DNA of 64,000 bases from an uncultured Acidimicrobiaceae bacterium (GTDB lineage Bacteria; Actinomycetota; Acidimicrobiia; Spongiisociales; ZC4RG35), in the NCBI GenBank assembly GCA_964558575.1, contig CAZLEQ010000003.1:24483-88482 (forward strand). Direction: 5' to 3'. Position numbers and translations under genes: made by a program. This document shows, in pieces, positions 19,101 through 26,579 of the stretch (its first letter is position 1; each line of letters starts with the position of its first letter). The notes below the pieces were generated by a model. The model searched no databases and had not been told where the DNA came from. It was given only the letters and a program-made list of their open reading frames with translations.

Positions 19101-21611
19101 AAGCGCCAGAGACACCAAGATGAACCCGGTCCACGGCCACACCGCCACTCCGGGCACGAGAAACGAGGCGAGCAAGGTGAAGAGGGCGGCGGGTGCGCTG
19201 AGGCTGCGCCGGAGATTGTCCAACATCTTCAGCCGGGCCACGGGAGGAAGGGGTCCGTGTCGACCGACGATCCAGGGGATGAGCTGCCAGTCGCCACGGA
19301 CCCAGCGGGTCTGTCGGGAGAGCGCCACCTCGTAGTGGCTGGGGAACTCCTCGAACACCTCGATGTTGCTCACCAGACCCGCCCGGGCGAAGCTGCCTTC
19401 GAAGAGGTCGTGGCTGAGCATGGTGTTGTCCGGGATTCGACCCTCCAACGCTGCCTCGAACGTGTCGATCTCATAGATCCCCTTGCCGGCGTAGGACCCC
19501 TCGCCGAACAGGTCCTGGTAGAGGTCGCTGACAGCCGCGGAATAGGGGTCGATGCCGGTGGGCGGGAAGAAAACGCGCTGGAAGAAGCTCATCCCCCCGG
19601 CGCGCAGGAACGCGGATACTCGAGGCTGGAGGATCCCGTAGCCCTCGACGACGCGGCCCAGCGGCTCATCGACCCGGGCCCGGTTGAGGGGGTGGGCAAT
19701 GGTCGCCACCAACTGGGTTGCCGCACCAGGGGGAAGTCGAGAGTCGGCGTCGAGGGCGATCACATAGCGGACTCCGCCAGGAGGCCTGCTGTTGCCCGGG
19801 ATGAAGCTGGTGTCGGTGGCTCCGCGGAGGAGACGGTTGAGCTCATGGAGCTTGCCACGCTTGCGCTCCCAGCCCATGTACCGGTCCTCGCCGGGATTGA
19901 ATATCCGGCGTCGGTGGAAGAGCAGGAACCGGTCGACCCCATCCGGCCCGGGTCCGTATCTCTGGTTGAGCCGGGCGACACCGGTGGCCGCCACCGCCAG
20001 CAGCTCGGCGTCGTCGGCCAGTTCGGGAGCTTCGGCGTCTCGCCAGTCACTGACCAGAGCGAAGTGCAATCGTCCTTCGGGATTCGCCAGGTAGTGGACC
20101 TCGAGACGTTCGACGAGCCCTTCGACCTGTTCGGGTCGAGACAATATGGCCGGAATCGCCACCAGCGTGCGCAGCATTGGGGTCGGCCCGTCGGCCAGCG
20201 CCAGGGAGGGCAGCTCTTCGGGGCGGGTCAAGGCCGCAATCGCCCGGTTGACGAGGACCACCCCGATGTCGGAAGCCGGGATCAGAGCCAGGGCGGCGAG
20301 GAGGACCCGCCACGGCCACCAGCGCTCGATCGTGAGGAGTGGCCACGCCAGAGCAAGACCGGTGACGATGGCCACCGCCATCAGGTAGAAGGTCCCAGGA
20401 TGTCTCCGGGCGAATCGGGAGAGGACGAGGCCGGCATCGGGGCGGAACCCGATCTTCTCCTCGAGGTCATGTCTGCCCTCCCCTACCAGGTAGAAGCCCG
20501 GGTCACGCTGGCGACGGTCGGCGAGTTGGAGACTGGACAGGGCGAGGCTGGTTCGGGCGACCTCGAGCTCGGTGATGCCCGACCCTTTGGACAGTTCCTC
20601 GATGGCGTGCCTGTAGCGGTCTCGAGTGGCGAAGCTCATGTCGCGGTACGAGGTCGCCGCAGCCAGGACCTGGTCGACCAGGCTGACTCCTTCGACGAAG
20701 TCGGCCCAATCGAAGAAGTTGATGTGACGCAGACTGGTCACCACATTGCGGACGCTGACGTTGGCGGCTGCCTGCCGGCGATGGGTCTCGTTGACGATCT
20801 CCTCGGGTGTGTTCCCCTCGTCGGCGAGGCGATCGAGCAGCCAGGCAAGGCCGGGGGTGCTCTCGGGATCGCGGTCTCGAAGACGCTGCAGCAAATGCAC
20901 GGCAAAGGGCTGAGGCAGAGCGTCCCGCTCGTAGCGAACCAGAGCGGCCAGAGCTTCGTCGGTGTCACCTTTGATTTCGAGGAGACCATCCGCTATCTCC
21001 TCGGCCTCCCGGCGGAGCCTCCTCGCCCGCATGATCGTCTCGACCATGCGGCGCAGATTTTCGATGAGGACCAGGCGAAGGGTGATGGGAATCGCCCAGA
21101 GCTCACCGATGGTGAGGGGCTCGACCTCCTGGTAGGAGACCACGAAACGGTGCAACGCTTCGGGGTCGAAGCGACTGTCGAGGTGAGCGACATACGCCCA
21201 GACGATCCCGTACACCCGCGGGTACCCGGCCAGGTGGCCCCCATCGAGCTTGGGCAGCTCCCGGTAGTAGCTGGGCGGGAGGTTCTCTCGTATCTCGCTC
21301 AGCTGGCTCTCCACGAGATGGAAGTTGTCCACCAGCCACTCGGCCGCAGGAGTGAGGAGGGCCTCCTCCCGAATCGCCTTGGACAACTCCTGGTATGCGG
21401 AGAGAAGAACCTCGCCGTTGTCGTCGAGACGCCGGGATATGAGTCGCAGGGTCCCTGGGCGTCCGCTCAGTTCCTGGCGCCGGGCGAGGCTGTGGGCGTG
21501 TTGCTCGAGACGTTCGACGCTGAAGAGTTCAGCCCGGATGGGCTCATCGATCAGTTGGGATCCCGAGCCTCGGTTCGATGGCACCGTCGAACAATAGGGG
21601 AGCCCTGGCAA
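13149..21611 (-). CDS. cgs: cyclic beta-1,2-glucan synthase-type giant enzyme (N-terminal TM region, GT84 glycosyltransferase, C-terminal GH94 phosphorylase-like domain)
   Basis: Uninterrupted 2820-aa ORF. N-terminal PIRAELFSVERLEQHAHSLA. GT region YVIALDADSRLPPG, GWERKRGKLHELN, QTRWVRGDWQL. C-terminal GTGDWNDGFD and glucoamylase/cellobiose-phosphorylase-like segments. The TTG start at 21611 is uncertain. Confidence 0.9.
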   Translation of the reverse strand: MPGLPYCSTVPSNRGSGSQLIDEPIRAELFSVERLEQHAHSLARRQELSGRPGTLRLISRRLDDNGEVLLSAYQELSKAIREEALLTPAAEWLVDNFHLVESQLSEIRENLPPSYYRELPKLDGGHLAGYPRVYGIVWAYVAHLDSRFDPEALHRFVVSYQEVEPLTIGELWAIPITLRLVLIENLRRMVETIMRARRLRREAEEIADGLLEIKGDTDEALAALVRYERDALPQPFAVHLLQRLRDRDPESTPGLAWLLDRLADEGNTPEEIVNETHRRQAAANVSVRNVVTSLRHINFFDWADFVEGVSLVDQVLAAATSYRDMSFATRDRYRHAIEELSKGSGITELEVARTSLALSSLQLADRRQRDPGFYLVGEGRHDLEEKIGFRPDAGLVLSRFARRHPGTFYLMAVAIVTGLALAWPLLTIERWWPWRVLLAALALIPASDIGVVLVNRAIAALTRPEELPSLALADGPTPMLRTLVAIPAILSRPEQVEGLVERLEVHYLANPEGRLHFALVSDWRDAEAPELADDAELLAVAATGVARLNQRYGPGPDGVDRFLLFHRRRIFNPGEDRYMGWERKRGKLHELNRLLRGATDTSFIPGNSRPPGGVRYVIALDADSRLPPGAATQLVATIAHPLNRARVDEPLGRVVEGYGILQPRVSAFLRAGGMSFFQRVFFPPTGIDPYSAAVSDLYQDLFGEGSYAGKGIYEIDTFEAALEGRIPDNTMLSHDLFEGSFARAGLVSNIEVFEEFPSHYEVALSRQTRWVRGDWQLIPWIVGRHGPLPPVARLKMLDNLRRSLSAPAALFTLLASFLVPGVAVWPWTGFILVSLALPGLLPLLERMIPRRTTTPGAVRLRRWGTDISRALGRALLQAAFLAHQAVRMTDAIVVTLWRLAISRRGLLTWLTAEEAERQFGLEAKGFVSRMSPSMAIGLAATTAAVFVKPGALAAAGAWTALWVLAPFIAHTVSIARPVKVAEPPSTGEQEALRLTARRTWRYFERFVTSDENWLPPDNFQEDLGKVAHRTSPTNIGLYLMAVLSAREFGWIGVEETVTRLEDTLSALNRLERFEGHLFNWYDTTTGEPMEPRYVSTVDSGNLAGHLLAVSQGCERLRHSAPGPEVAAGIRDVALLMLEAARGLAGDTDLEVISPRELDDALVEFLDSLRSEGAAGSARLAEILAAGETVADMARTLATADGAEDLAACTEGLLATVRSHLRDLGAFEDEADREQLSGRLAALGGRAARLAEEMDFSFLMNPENKLLAVGYRVGENALDESHYDLLASEARLASFVGIAKGDLPPSHWFRLGRSMTPMGVDAALISWSGSMFEYLMPLLVMRSPPESILDTTYRAVVRRQIEYGNERHIPWGISEAAYAARDIHLVYQYRAFGVPGLGFERGLSEELVVAPYATLLAAMIEPGAAVTNLTRLESLGALGRYGYYEALDFTPTRLPESEETVLVRAYMAHHQAMSLVAVANVIFGGLFRDLFHADPAVRAAELLLHERVPRDVEVARPRAQEVAEAAQPFVEAKGVVRRVSSPHGRVPSTHALSNGRLSTFITAAGSGGSRWQGLAVNRWREDATRDNFGTFFFVRDGEGRTWSAGYQPTLAEPDSYEVSFTEDKAEISRRDGSLSTKLTVVVSEEDDAEMRRVSLTNWGSAPREVEVTSYCELVLAADRADAAHPAFSNLFVQTEAVPGRDALLASRRPRSSEDDAVWAGHVLAVTGDLVGGVQYETDRARFLGRGNQVHRAAAVGRPLSNSVGRVLDPVFSLRRKVRIQPGASVHFDFTTVMASSRAEALDLVDKFSDATAFERCLTLAWTQAQVLLHHLRIDPEQAHVFQQLAGTLLYHDPALRAPPGGGPLLSTGQEGLWRHGISGDLPIVLVRIDQPEERGLVRDLLRAKEYWRTKGISADLVIVNEKPGSYAHDLQQAMEELVRESGHTVGHEPDGGVFILNGRLLTEEDRATLQLAARAVLLSHHGTLSNQLARRPAEKVAPAVRSRTDVLERQTGRPVRRPEREFHNGLGGFAADGSEYVVVLGEGQWTPAPWVNVVSNPSFGFCVSESGSGYSWSENSRENQLTPWSNDPVADRPGEVLYVRDDESGEVWSPTALPIRDAAAGYLARHGPGYSEFEHDSRGIALHLHQTVPLEDPVKISRLRLRNLTSRRRRLSVTAYVEWVLGTTRSVSPMQIVTQRDEETGAVLARNPWNIDFGDRVAFADLGAGDVTVTGDRAEFLGRHGSVDDPAALRLDRTLSGTVGVGHDPCAAIQRSVVLDPKEEVEIVFLLGQGRDEEEARRLIDRYRRTDPEVVRGEVATRWNDVLGTVQVKTPDRSFDLMVNQWLLYQTLACRVLGRTAFYQSGGAFGFRDQLQDVMALVTSMRDTAREHLLRAAAHQFEEGDALHWWHEPTGRGVRTRISDDYLWLPYAVAHYVEVTGDATLLDQEVPYLEGPELAPGQDEVYFTPDRSATAGTMFDHCRRALDRGLSRLGSRGLPLIGTGDWNDGFDRVGWEGRGESVWLGWFLDANLRRFAEVAEDLGEVEVADGWRQGALRLRASLEKAAWDGDWYRRAFFDDGTPLGSSVNPECRIDSIAQSWSVIHGGAPDHRARRAMDAVEEYLVQRGDGLVLLFTPPFDEWDVDPGYIKGYLPGIRENGGQYTHAALWSVIAFATLGDGDRAGELFSLLNPINHASTRAGIHRYRVEPYVAAADVYSEAPHVGRGGWTWYTGSAGWMYRAGVEWILGFRLRGTRLSIDPCIPRAWRAFEISFRYHSSRYEIEVINPNGVSKGVAGLSMDGVTLVPGSELDLVDDGSSHHVQVTLG

Positions 21612-21704
21612 CGTCTCGGTTGTCGAGTTCCTCCTACCGCTCGGGGAGGGGCATCAAGCGGCTCTCCTCTCCACTCCAGCACACCGGCTGGGGGGAGATC
21701 CCCG

Positions 21705-22130
21705 ATGTGTAACCTCGGACTGATGCCAGATGGACACGCAATGCTGGGTTGGGTCGACGACATCGAGAAACTGACCGTGGCGAACGAGAACTTCCGGGAG
21801 GTGATCTACACCGGGAGCCACAGCCAGCTCACGGTGATGTCGGTGCCGCCCGGTGGAGAAGTGGGGTGGGAGGCGCACGTCCACCTCGACCAGTTCCTCC
21901 GTCTCGAGCAGGGGAAGGCCCGTCTCGACTTCGGGAGGACCGAAGACGCCGTCGACGAGTCACACGAGGTCGAGGACGACTGGGCCTTCATCGTCCCCGC
22001 CGGCATCTGGCACAACGTGGTGAACATCGGCGACGACGACCTCAAGCTCTACTCGATCTACTCGCCGCCGGAACACCCCGAGGGGACGCTTCATCGGACC
22101 AAGGCTGACGCCGACGAGCATCACCATTGA
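21705..22130 (+). CDS. cupin-domain protein
   Basis: GEVGWEAHVHLDQFLRLEQG ... FIVPAGIWHNVVN are cupin motifs 1 and 2. ATG at 21705 follows GGAGA. An alternative ATG is at 21741. Divergent from cgs. Confidence 0.75.
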   Translation: MCNLGLMPDGHAMLGWVDDIEKLTVANENFREVIYTGSHSQLTVMSVPPGGEVGWEAHVHLDQFLRLEQGKARLDFGRTEDAVDESHEVEDDWAFIVPAGIWHNVVNIGDDDLKLYSIYSPPEHPEGTLHRTKADADEHHH

Positions 22131-22151
22131 GCCCGCTGGCCCAGCCTCTTC

Positions 22152-24032
22152 CTACTCCGCGGTGACGTCGGCGATCACGGCGAAGTGGTCCGACGCCTGA
22201 GACTCGATCACCTCGACGGCGACCGTGGTCATGTCGGTGGTGTGGAACACGTAGTCGATGCGATATTGGGGGTCGGCGGCGTTGGCGGTGAAGCCGTCAC
22301 CGTCACCTGCCTCCGCCCAGCTGTCGACCCAACCCGCCTCCAGCAACTCGGTGACCTGGCGCCAGCCGGGCCGGGCGTTGAGATCGCCCACCAGCACCGC
22401 CGGCTGGCGGCCATCCCACTCATCGATGATCACCGCCAGCTGCTCGCGGTGCACCGGGTAGAGGTCGGCCTCGGGGTCTTCATCGTGGGCTGCTGAGTCG
22501 TTGATGTGTTGGAGATGGGTGGAGATGAACAGCACCTCCCCCTCCGGAGTCTCCACCGGGGCTGCGAGATAGCCCCGCTGGTAGGGGGTGCCCACCCGGG
22601 GCAGGAGGAGACGCTCCACCTCGCCCAGGGGATATCGACTGAGGATGGCGTTGCCCCACACCGGGTCGGTGGTGCCGTGGAAAGCGAAATGCTCCCACCC
22701 GAGGCGTTCCCCAAGCAGGTACATGAGGTCGGTGTTGGCGTTGAGCAGACCGCCACGGGCCACCTCCTGAAGCCCGACCACGGTGGCTCCGGATTCCTCG
22801 ATGACCGAGGCGATTGCGGCGACATCCATCTCGCCACCGGTGCCGAAGCTCTGGTGGAGGTTGTAGGCCATGTAGCGCACCGGCCCGGAGTCGGGCGGAT
22901 CGGGAAGGGTCCGGGCCCCGAGCAGGCCGACCACGGGCAGCAGGAGAGCCAGAGAGACCAGGAGGGGCATTCCCTCGGGAACCGTCGCGGTAACCGGTCG
23001 ACGGGAAACCGACGCCATCAGCGCCAACAACAAGAGCAAGCCCGCCCCTCCGATTCGCGCCTGGGCCAGGCTGAACCCGAGGTCCATGTCGAGGGGCAGG
23101 TAGTAGGCGAAGCCGACCATCAAGAACAGCACCATGCCCACGGTCAGCCAGACGGCTGCGGGGGTGACCGTGGTCCCGGGGGTGTCGGGAACCAGTCCCG
23201 CCCAGACGATGCCGGCGGCAGGGATGGCGAAGATCACCAGAAGCGAAAACACCAGGGTCGGCCCTTCGGCTGACACCACGGTTGCCGCCACCACCAGGGC
23301 GGCAAGAGCAACCATGACCCGCGACCCACCGAACCGTTGCGCCGCCCAGAGACCGACGACGTTGAGGGCGGTGATGCCCACCGCCGCCCAACCCGCGGGC
23401 AACGTGGTCATTTCCGAGATCCAGCCGGGAGACTGGAGCACCAGGTACTGGACGAAGAGATAGGGTCCCAAGCCCATCAAAGCCACTGCCGGTGCCCACC
23501 GGGGCCCGGCGCGGGTCGGGGTGGGAATGGCCACGGTCAGGTACATGGCCGCAACCGCCAGCGCCACCGTCGACACCAGGGCGGTGACTCCGGGACGGTA
23601 AGCGAGGTCGAGTGTCGATCCCAGCCCTTTTATCGCCGAGTCGAGGGCGACCCCGACCAGAACCCCGGCGACCAGCACCCCCCTGCCCAGGCTCAACAGC
23701 AACGGAAACAGGCCCACCGCGGCGGCCACCGCGATCCCCGAGGTCCAGTGGTCGACGGCCGGGTCGTCGATCAGCTGGTTGGCGACCCGAGCTCCTGTCA
23801 GCACCACGACGCCGAGAAGGAGGCTATAGCGCAGCGAGATCCAGCGTGACACCAGGGGCAGGAGGATCCCGGCCAGGAAGGGGATTAGGGCGATGGGGAT
23901 CAGGTCGAGGGCGCCGATCCCCAGCGTGTCTCGCTGGTACCAGCCCAACGACCCGAAATGAAAGCGGGCCATCTCGATCCCGAACAGGAACACCAGAGCC
24001 GCCAACACAGAGCCCAGTCGAGCACCACGCAT
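22152..24032 (-). CDS. polytopic membrane protein with C-terminal endonuclease/exonuclease/phosphatase (EEP) domain
   Basis: About 12 hydrophobic helices. Then VRYMAYNLHQSF...VVGLQEV...GDLNARPG...ASDHFAVIADV. Start taken at the ATG at 24032. Confidence 0.75.
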   Translation of the reverse strand: MRGARLGSVLAALVFLFGIEMARFHFGSLGWYQRDTLGIGALDLIPIALIPFLAGILLPLVSRWISLRYSLLLGVVVLTGARVANQLIDDPAVDHWTSGIAVAAAVGLFPLLLSLGRGVLVAGVLVGVALDSAIKGLGSTLDLAYRPGVTALVSTVALAVAAMYLTVAIPTPTRAGPRWAPAVALMGLGPYLFVQYLVLQSPGWISEMTTLPAGWAAVGITALNVVGLWAAQRFGGSRVMVALAALVVAATVVSAEGPTLVFSLLVIFAIPAAGIVWAGLVPDTPGTTVTPAAVWLTVGMVLFLMVGFAYYLPLDMDLGFSLAQARIGGAGLLLLLALMASVSRRPVTATVPEGMPLLVSLALLLPVVGLLGARTLPDPPDSGPVRYMAYNLHQSFGTGGEMDVAAIASVIEESGATVVGLQEVARGGLLNANTDLMYLLGERLGWEHFAFHGTTDPVWGNAILSRYPLGEVERLLLPRVGTPYQRGYLAAPVETPEGEVLFISTHLQHINDSAAHDEDPEADLYPVHREQLAVIIDEWDGRQPAVLVGDLNARPGWRQVTELLEAGWVDSWAEAGDGDGFTANAADPQYRIDYVFHTTDMTTVAVEVIESQASDHFAVIADVTAE

Positions 24033-24147
24033 GAGGGGGAGCCTACGCCCCGGCGATGCAGCTTCCCAAGTCACCGGTGGATGGGCGCACCCCGGAAGCG
24101 TGGGCCCCAACCCCGACTAGCGTTCTGGCCCAAAGAGGATCGACCGA

Positions 24148-24573
24148 GTGCTCCAAGGCATCACCGACTGGCTCCCATTCTCCATCGACCCCTCAGGCGC
24201 CGCCGTTGTCAGCGCAGCGTTGCTGGCGTGGGTGGCTCTCGTCTACCTGACCATGGCCTTCGGGGTCAGGTCGGGCGATCTGGTCTGGTCGGGGAGGCAT
24301 CCGGGCCGCTTGCCTCCAGAGCAGCGTTGGTGGAGCATCGTCTACGGGATGCTCCTCGTCGGTTCGGGCTTGGTTCTACTCGAGTTGACGGACGTGATCG
24401 ACACCGGGTTGTTGGACAGTCGTTGGCTGGACTCCGCCGGCTTTGCGGTCGTGGCCGTGCTCGGAGTGGCGACACTCCTGGCGCTGGCCAAGGGAAGCAC
24501 GTGGGAGCGACTGCTCTTCGTCCCCATCACCCTCCTCGGTGCCGGTGTGGCCGCCTGGATCGCCTTCGGCTGA
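24148..24573 (+). CDS. hypothetical 4-TM membrane protein
   Basis: 141-aa ORF with four hydrophobic segments and G/C-rich third positions. No family recognised. Confidence 0.55.
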   Translation: MLQGITDWLPFSIDPSGAAVVSAALLAWVALVYLTMAFGVRSGDLVWSGRHPGRLPPEQRWWSIVYGMLLVGSGLVLLELTDVIDTGLLDSRWLDSAGFAVVAVLGVATLLALAKGSTWERLLFVPITLLGAGVAAWIAFG

Positions 24574-24614
24574 GGGGTCGGCAGTCTCAGGCGATGAGTC
24601 TCAGAGCCTGAGTG

Positions 24615-24992
24615 TCAGCGACTCTCCCCGGATGCCGGCTGGTCGATGTCGAGAATCGCGCACATGGTCCGGGCGAGCTGGGCCATCGCCATGGCGGTCT
24701 CCGGTTCGAGTTCGCCACTCTCCACCTGGCGCATCGCCTTGTCGAGCCGGCTGTAGACCCGGTTGAGACGGGCGGTGGCTTCCCGCTTCAGCTCCGCCCT
24801 TGCCTCCTGCGCGGCTTGGTACTTGTCCTCGAAGGCACGCCTGGGATCGTGGGGATAGCAATAGCCGGACGAGGTCAGTATCGGCGACTCGCAACGCCGG
24901 CCGTCGCTGCGAACGGCAGGACACCCCGGCTCGCTCGCCAGCTCCGAAATCTCCCTCACCTCTTCCACCCGGCTCGCCGCGATGGTCTCCAC
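24615..24992 (-). CDS. hypothetical protein with a Cys/His cluster and a helical tail (may be the 3' part of a broken longer gene)
   Basis: Very high third-position GC in this frame. CPAVRSDGRRCESPILTSSGYCYPHD is followed by a coiled-coil-like segment. The GTG at 24992 is the first start after an upstream stop in this frame. Confidence 0.55.
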   Translation of the reverse strand: METIAASRVEEVREISELASEPGCPAVRSDGRRCESPILTSSGYCYPHDPRRAFEDKYQAAQEARAELKREATARLNRVYSRLDKAMRQVESGELEPETAMAMAQLARTMCAILDIDQPASGESR

Positions 24993-25434
24993 CGGAATCT
25001 CGACCGGAGTGGGCGACTCGGCCGGCGCGCTGTCGTGACCGGGTCGGGCTCGGTCTCGGGTGGGGCATCGACCTGATCGGCGGCCGGCTGCGCAACGGTG
25101 TCCTCAGTGGTCGCTTGCGGCCCTTCCAAATCCGGTCGAGCCTCGAGCGAAGCCCGGACTTGCTCCGGGCGCGGGGGCCCGAAACGCTCTCGATGGTGGG
25201 GATGCCGGAGTATGCGAAGGAGATCGTGTCGTCGGCGACGAACTGGAGGAGCTCGCCGGCCACCGTCAGCGAGAACACCTCGCCTTGCCTCTCTACATCG
25301 ACGACTTCGAGAGGCCAGGCACCCAGACCGCCATCAACCGACTCGACCGCCAGGTGGTGGGCAGCCACGTCGAGACTGACCCTCAACCCGGGCCCCGGGT
25401 CGTCCGGTAACAACAAGTGGCCCTTGAACTGCAT
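24993..25434 (-). pseudogene. 5' part of an apparently frameshifted gene
   Basis: Frame A (25434 to about 25174) gives MQFKGHLLLPDDPGPGLRVSLDVAAHHLAVESVDGGLGAWPLEVVDVERQGEVFSLTVAGELLQFVADD. Frame B gives PEQVRASLEARPDLEGPQATTEDTVAQPAADQVDAPPETEPDPV. The frame of 24615-24992 then continues with HDSAPAESPTPVEIPVETIAASR. The listed 277-aa ORF turns Arg/Ser/Pro-rich after residue ~87. Confidence 0.5.
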
Positions 25435-25493
25435 ACGATCTCGCCAAGAGAATCGGCACGGCGGCAGAAAATCTTGAACGAGCGCGGCCGGGA

Positions 25494-26528
25494 TCAGTGT
25501 CCCGGCACCGCTTCGACCGCCTCCCCGACCGCGTCGTCACCGATCAGCACGTCGGGGCCACACTGGACCGGAGCCACATCGGCCATCTTCCGGGACGGGT
25601 GCAGGGCCCCGACGTAGACCCCGACGCCGACGGCGACAGCACCGAGGAGCATGGGGAGGGTCAGTCGCTCCCCGAGGAGCCAAGCCGCAGCCGGGAACGT
25701 GACGAAGGGAGTGAGCACGAACTGATAGGAGGCGGCCGAAGCGGTCCATCTGGAGAGGATGAACAGGAACAGGACGAAGACGACCAGAGAGCCGGCGACG
25801 ATCAAGTAGACGAGTGCCGCGGTCGTCTCCGGCTCGACGGGCATCGCCCATCTCTCGCCGGCAGCAACGGAGAGGATGATCAGCACCATCGTCCCAACCA
25901 GCATCGCCAACCCGTTCTCGACCGCCGGGTTGACCTTCGGGAAGCTCTTGACGATCACCCCGGCCTCCGCTATCGCCACTGCCGCCGCGGCGATCGCCAA
26001 GACACCGGCCATCGAGACGGCCTCACCCGACCCCTGGTCGAGCCCAAAGATGATCAGGAAACCGACCACCGCCGACAGCGCCCCGACCAGACCCCGCGCG
26101 GTGAATCGCTCCAGGCCGTGGGCGGCGGCGAGGAACAAGGTGATCAGGGGGACCAGAGACAGGATCACCATCGCCAGACCAGCCTCGACCCTGACCAGAC
26201 CCCAAAACCCGAGGGCGAAGGCACCTCCGAAGGCCAGCGCTCCGTAGAGGACCACTCCGAGCAGTGCCCTTCCCCGAGGCAGGGGTAGGCGGCGCAGGGC
26301 GACATAGATCAGAAAGATCACACCTGCAGCCCCGAACCGAAGCGCCGCACCCCAGAAGGGGTCGAGCTCTCTGACCAGGAACCGAATGCCGATGGCGTTA
26401 CCCCCACCGAGCACCACCACCACCGCCGCCGCGGCCATGGTGAGACGGTCGGGCGTTGGGGTCTGTGTTCGGACCGCGTCGGTCATGCCGGTCGTCCTCT
26501 CGGTCGTCTCGCGGTGAGATGGAGTCAT
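25494..26528 (-). CDS. EamA/DMT-family transporter
   Basis: 344-aa ORF with about 10 TM helices in two EamA-like halves. The start may be an internal ATG. Confidence 0.8.
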   Translation of the reverse strand: MTPSHRETTERTTGMTDAVRTQTPTPDRLTMAAAAVVVVLGGGNAIGIRFLVRELDPFWGAALRFGAAGVIFLIYVALRRLPLPRGRALLGVVLYGALAFGGAFALGFWGLVRVEAGLAMVILSLVPLITLFLAAAHGLERFTARGLVGALSAVVGFLIIFGLDQGSGEAVSMAGVLAIAAAAVAIAEAGVIVKSFPKVNPAVENGLAMLVGTMVLIILSVAAGERWAMPVEPETTAALVYLIVAGSLVVFVLFLFILSRWTASAASYQFVLTPFVTFPAAAWLLGERLTLPMLLGAVAVGVGVYVGALHPSRKMADVAPVQCGPDVLIGDDAVGEAVEAVPGH

Positions 26529-26579
26529 CTGAACCTACCGATCGAGGCACCGGTGGTGGCTTGCTGACCGGCGCCTTGT

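Noticed and set aside
18963-21700. The first ~910 codons of the 1055-aa plus-strand ORF 18963-22130
   Set aside because: It is antisense to the cgs ORF and the translation is Gly/Arg/Pro/Asp-rich with no motifs. This is a typical high-GC shadow frame. Only its last 142 codons (the cupin) look real.
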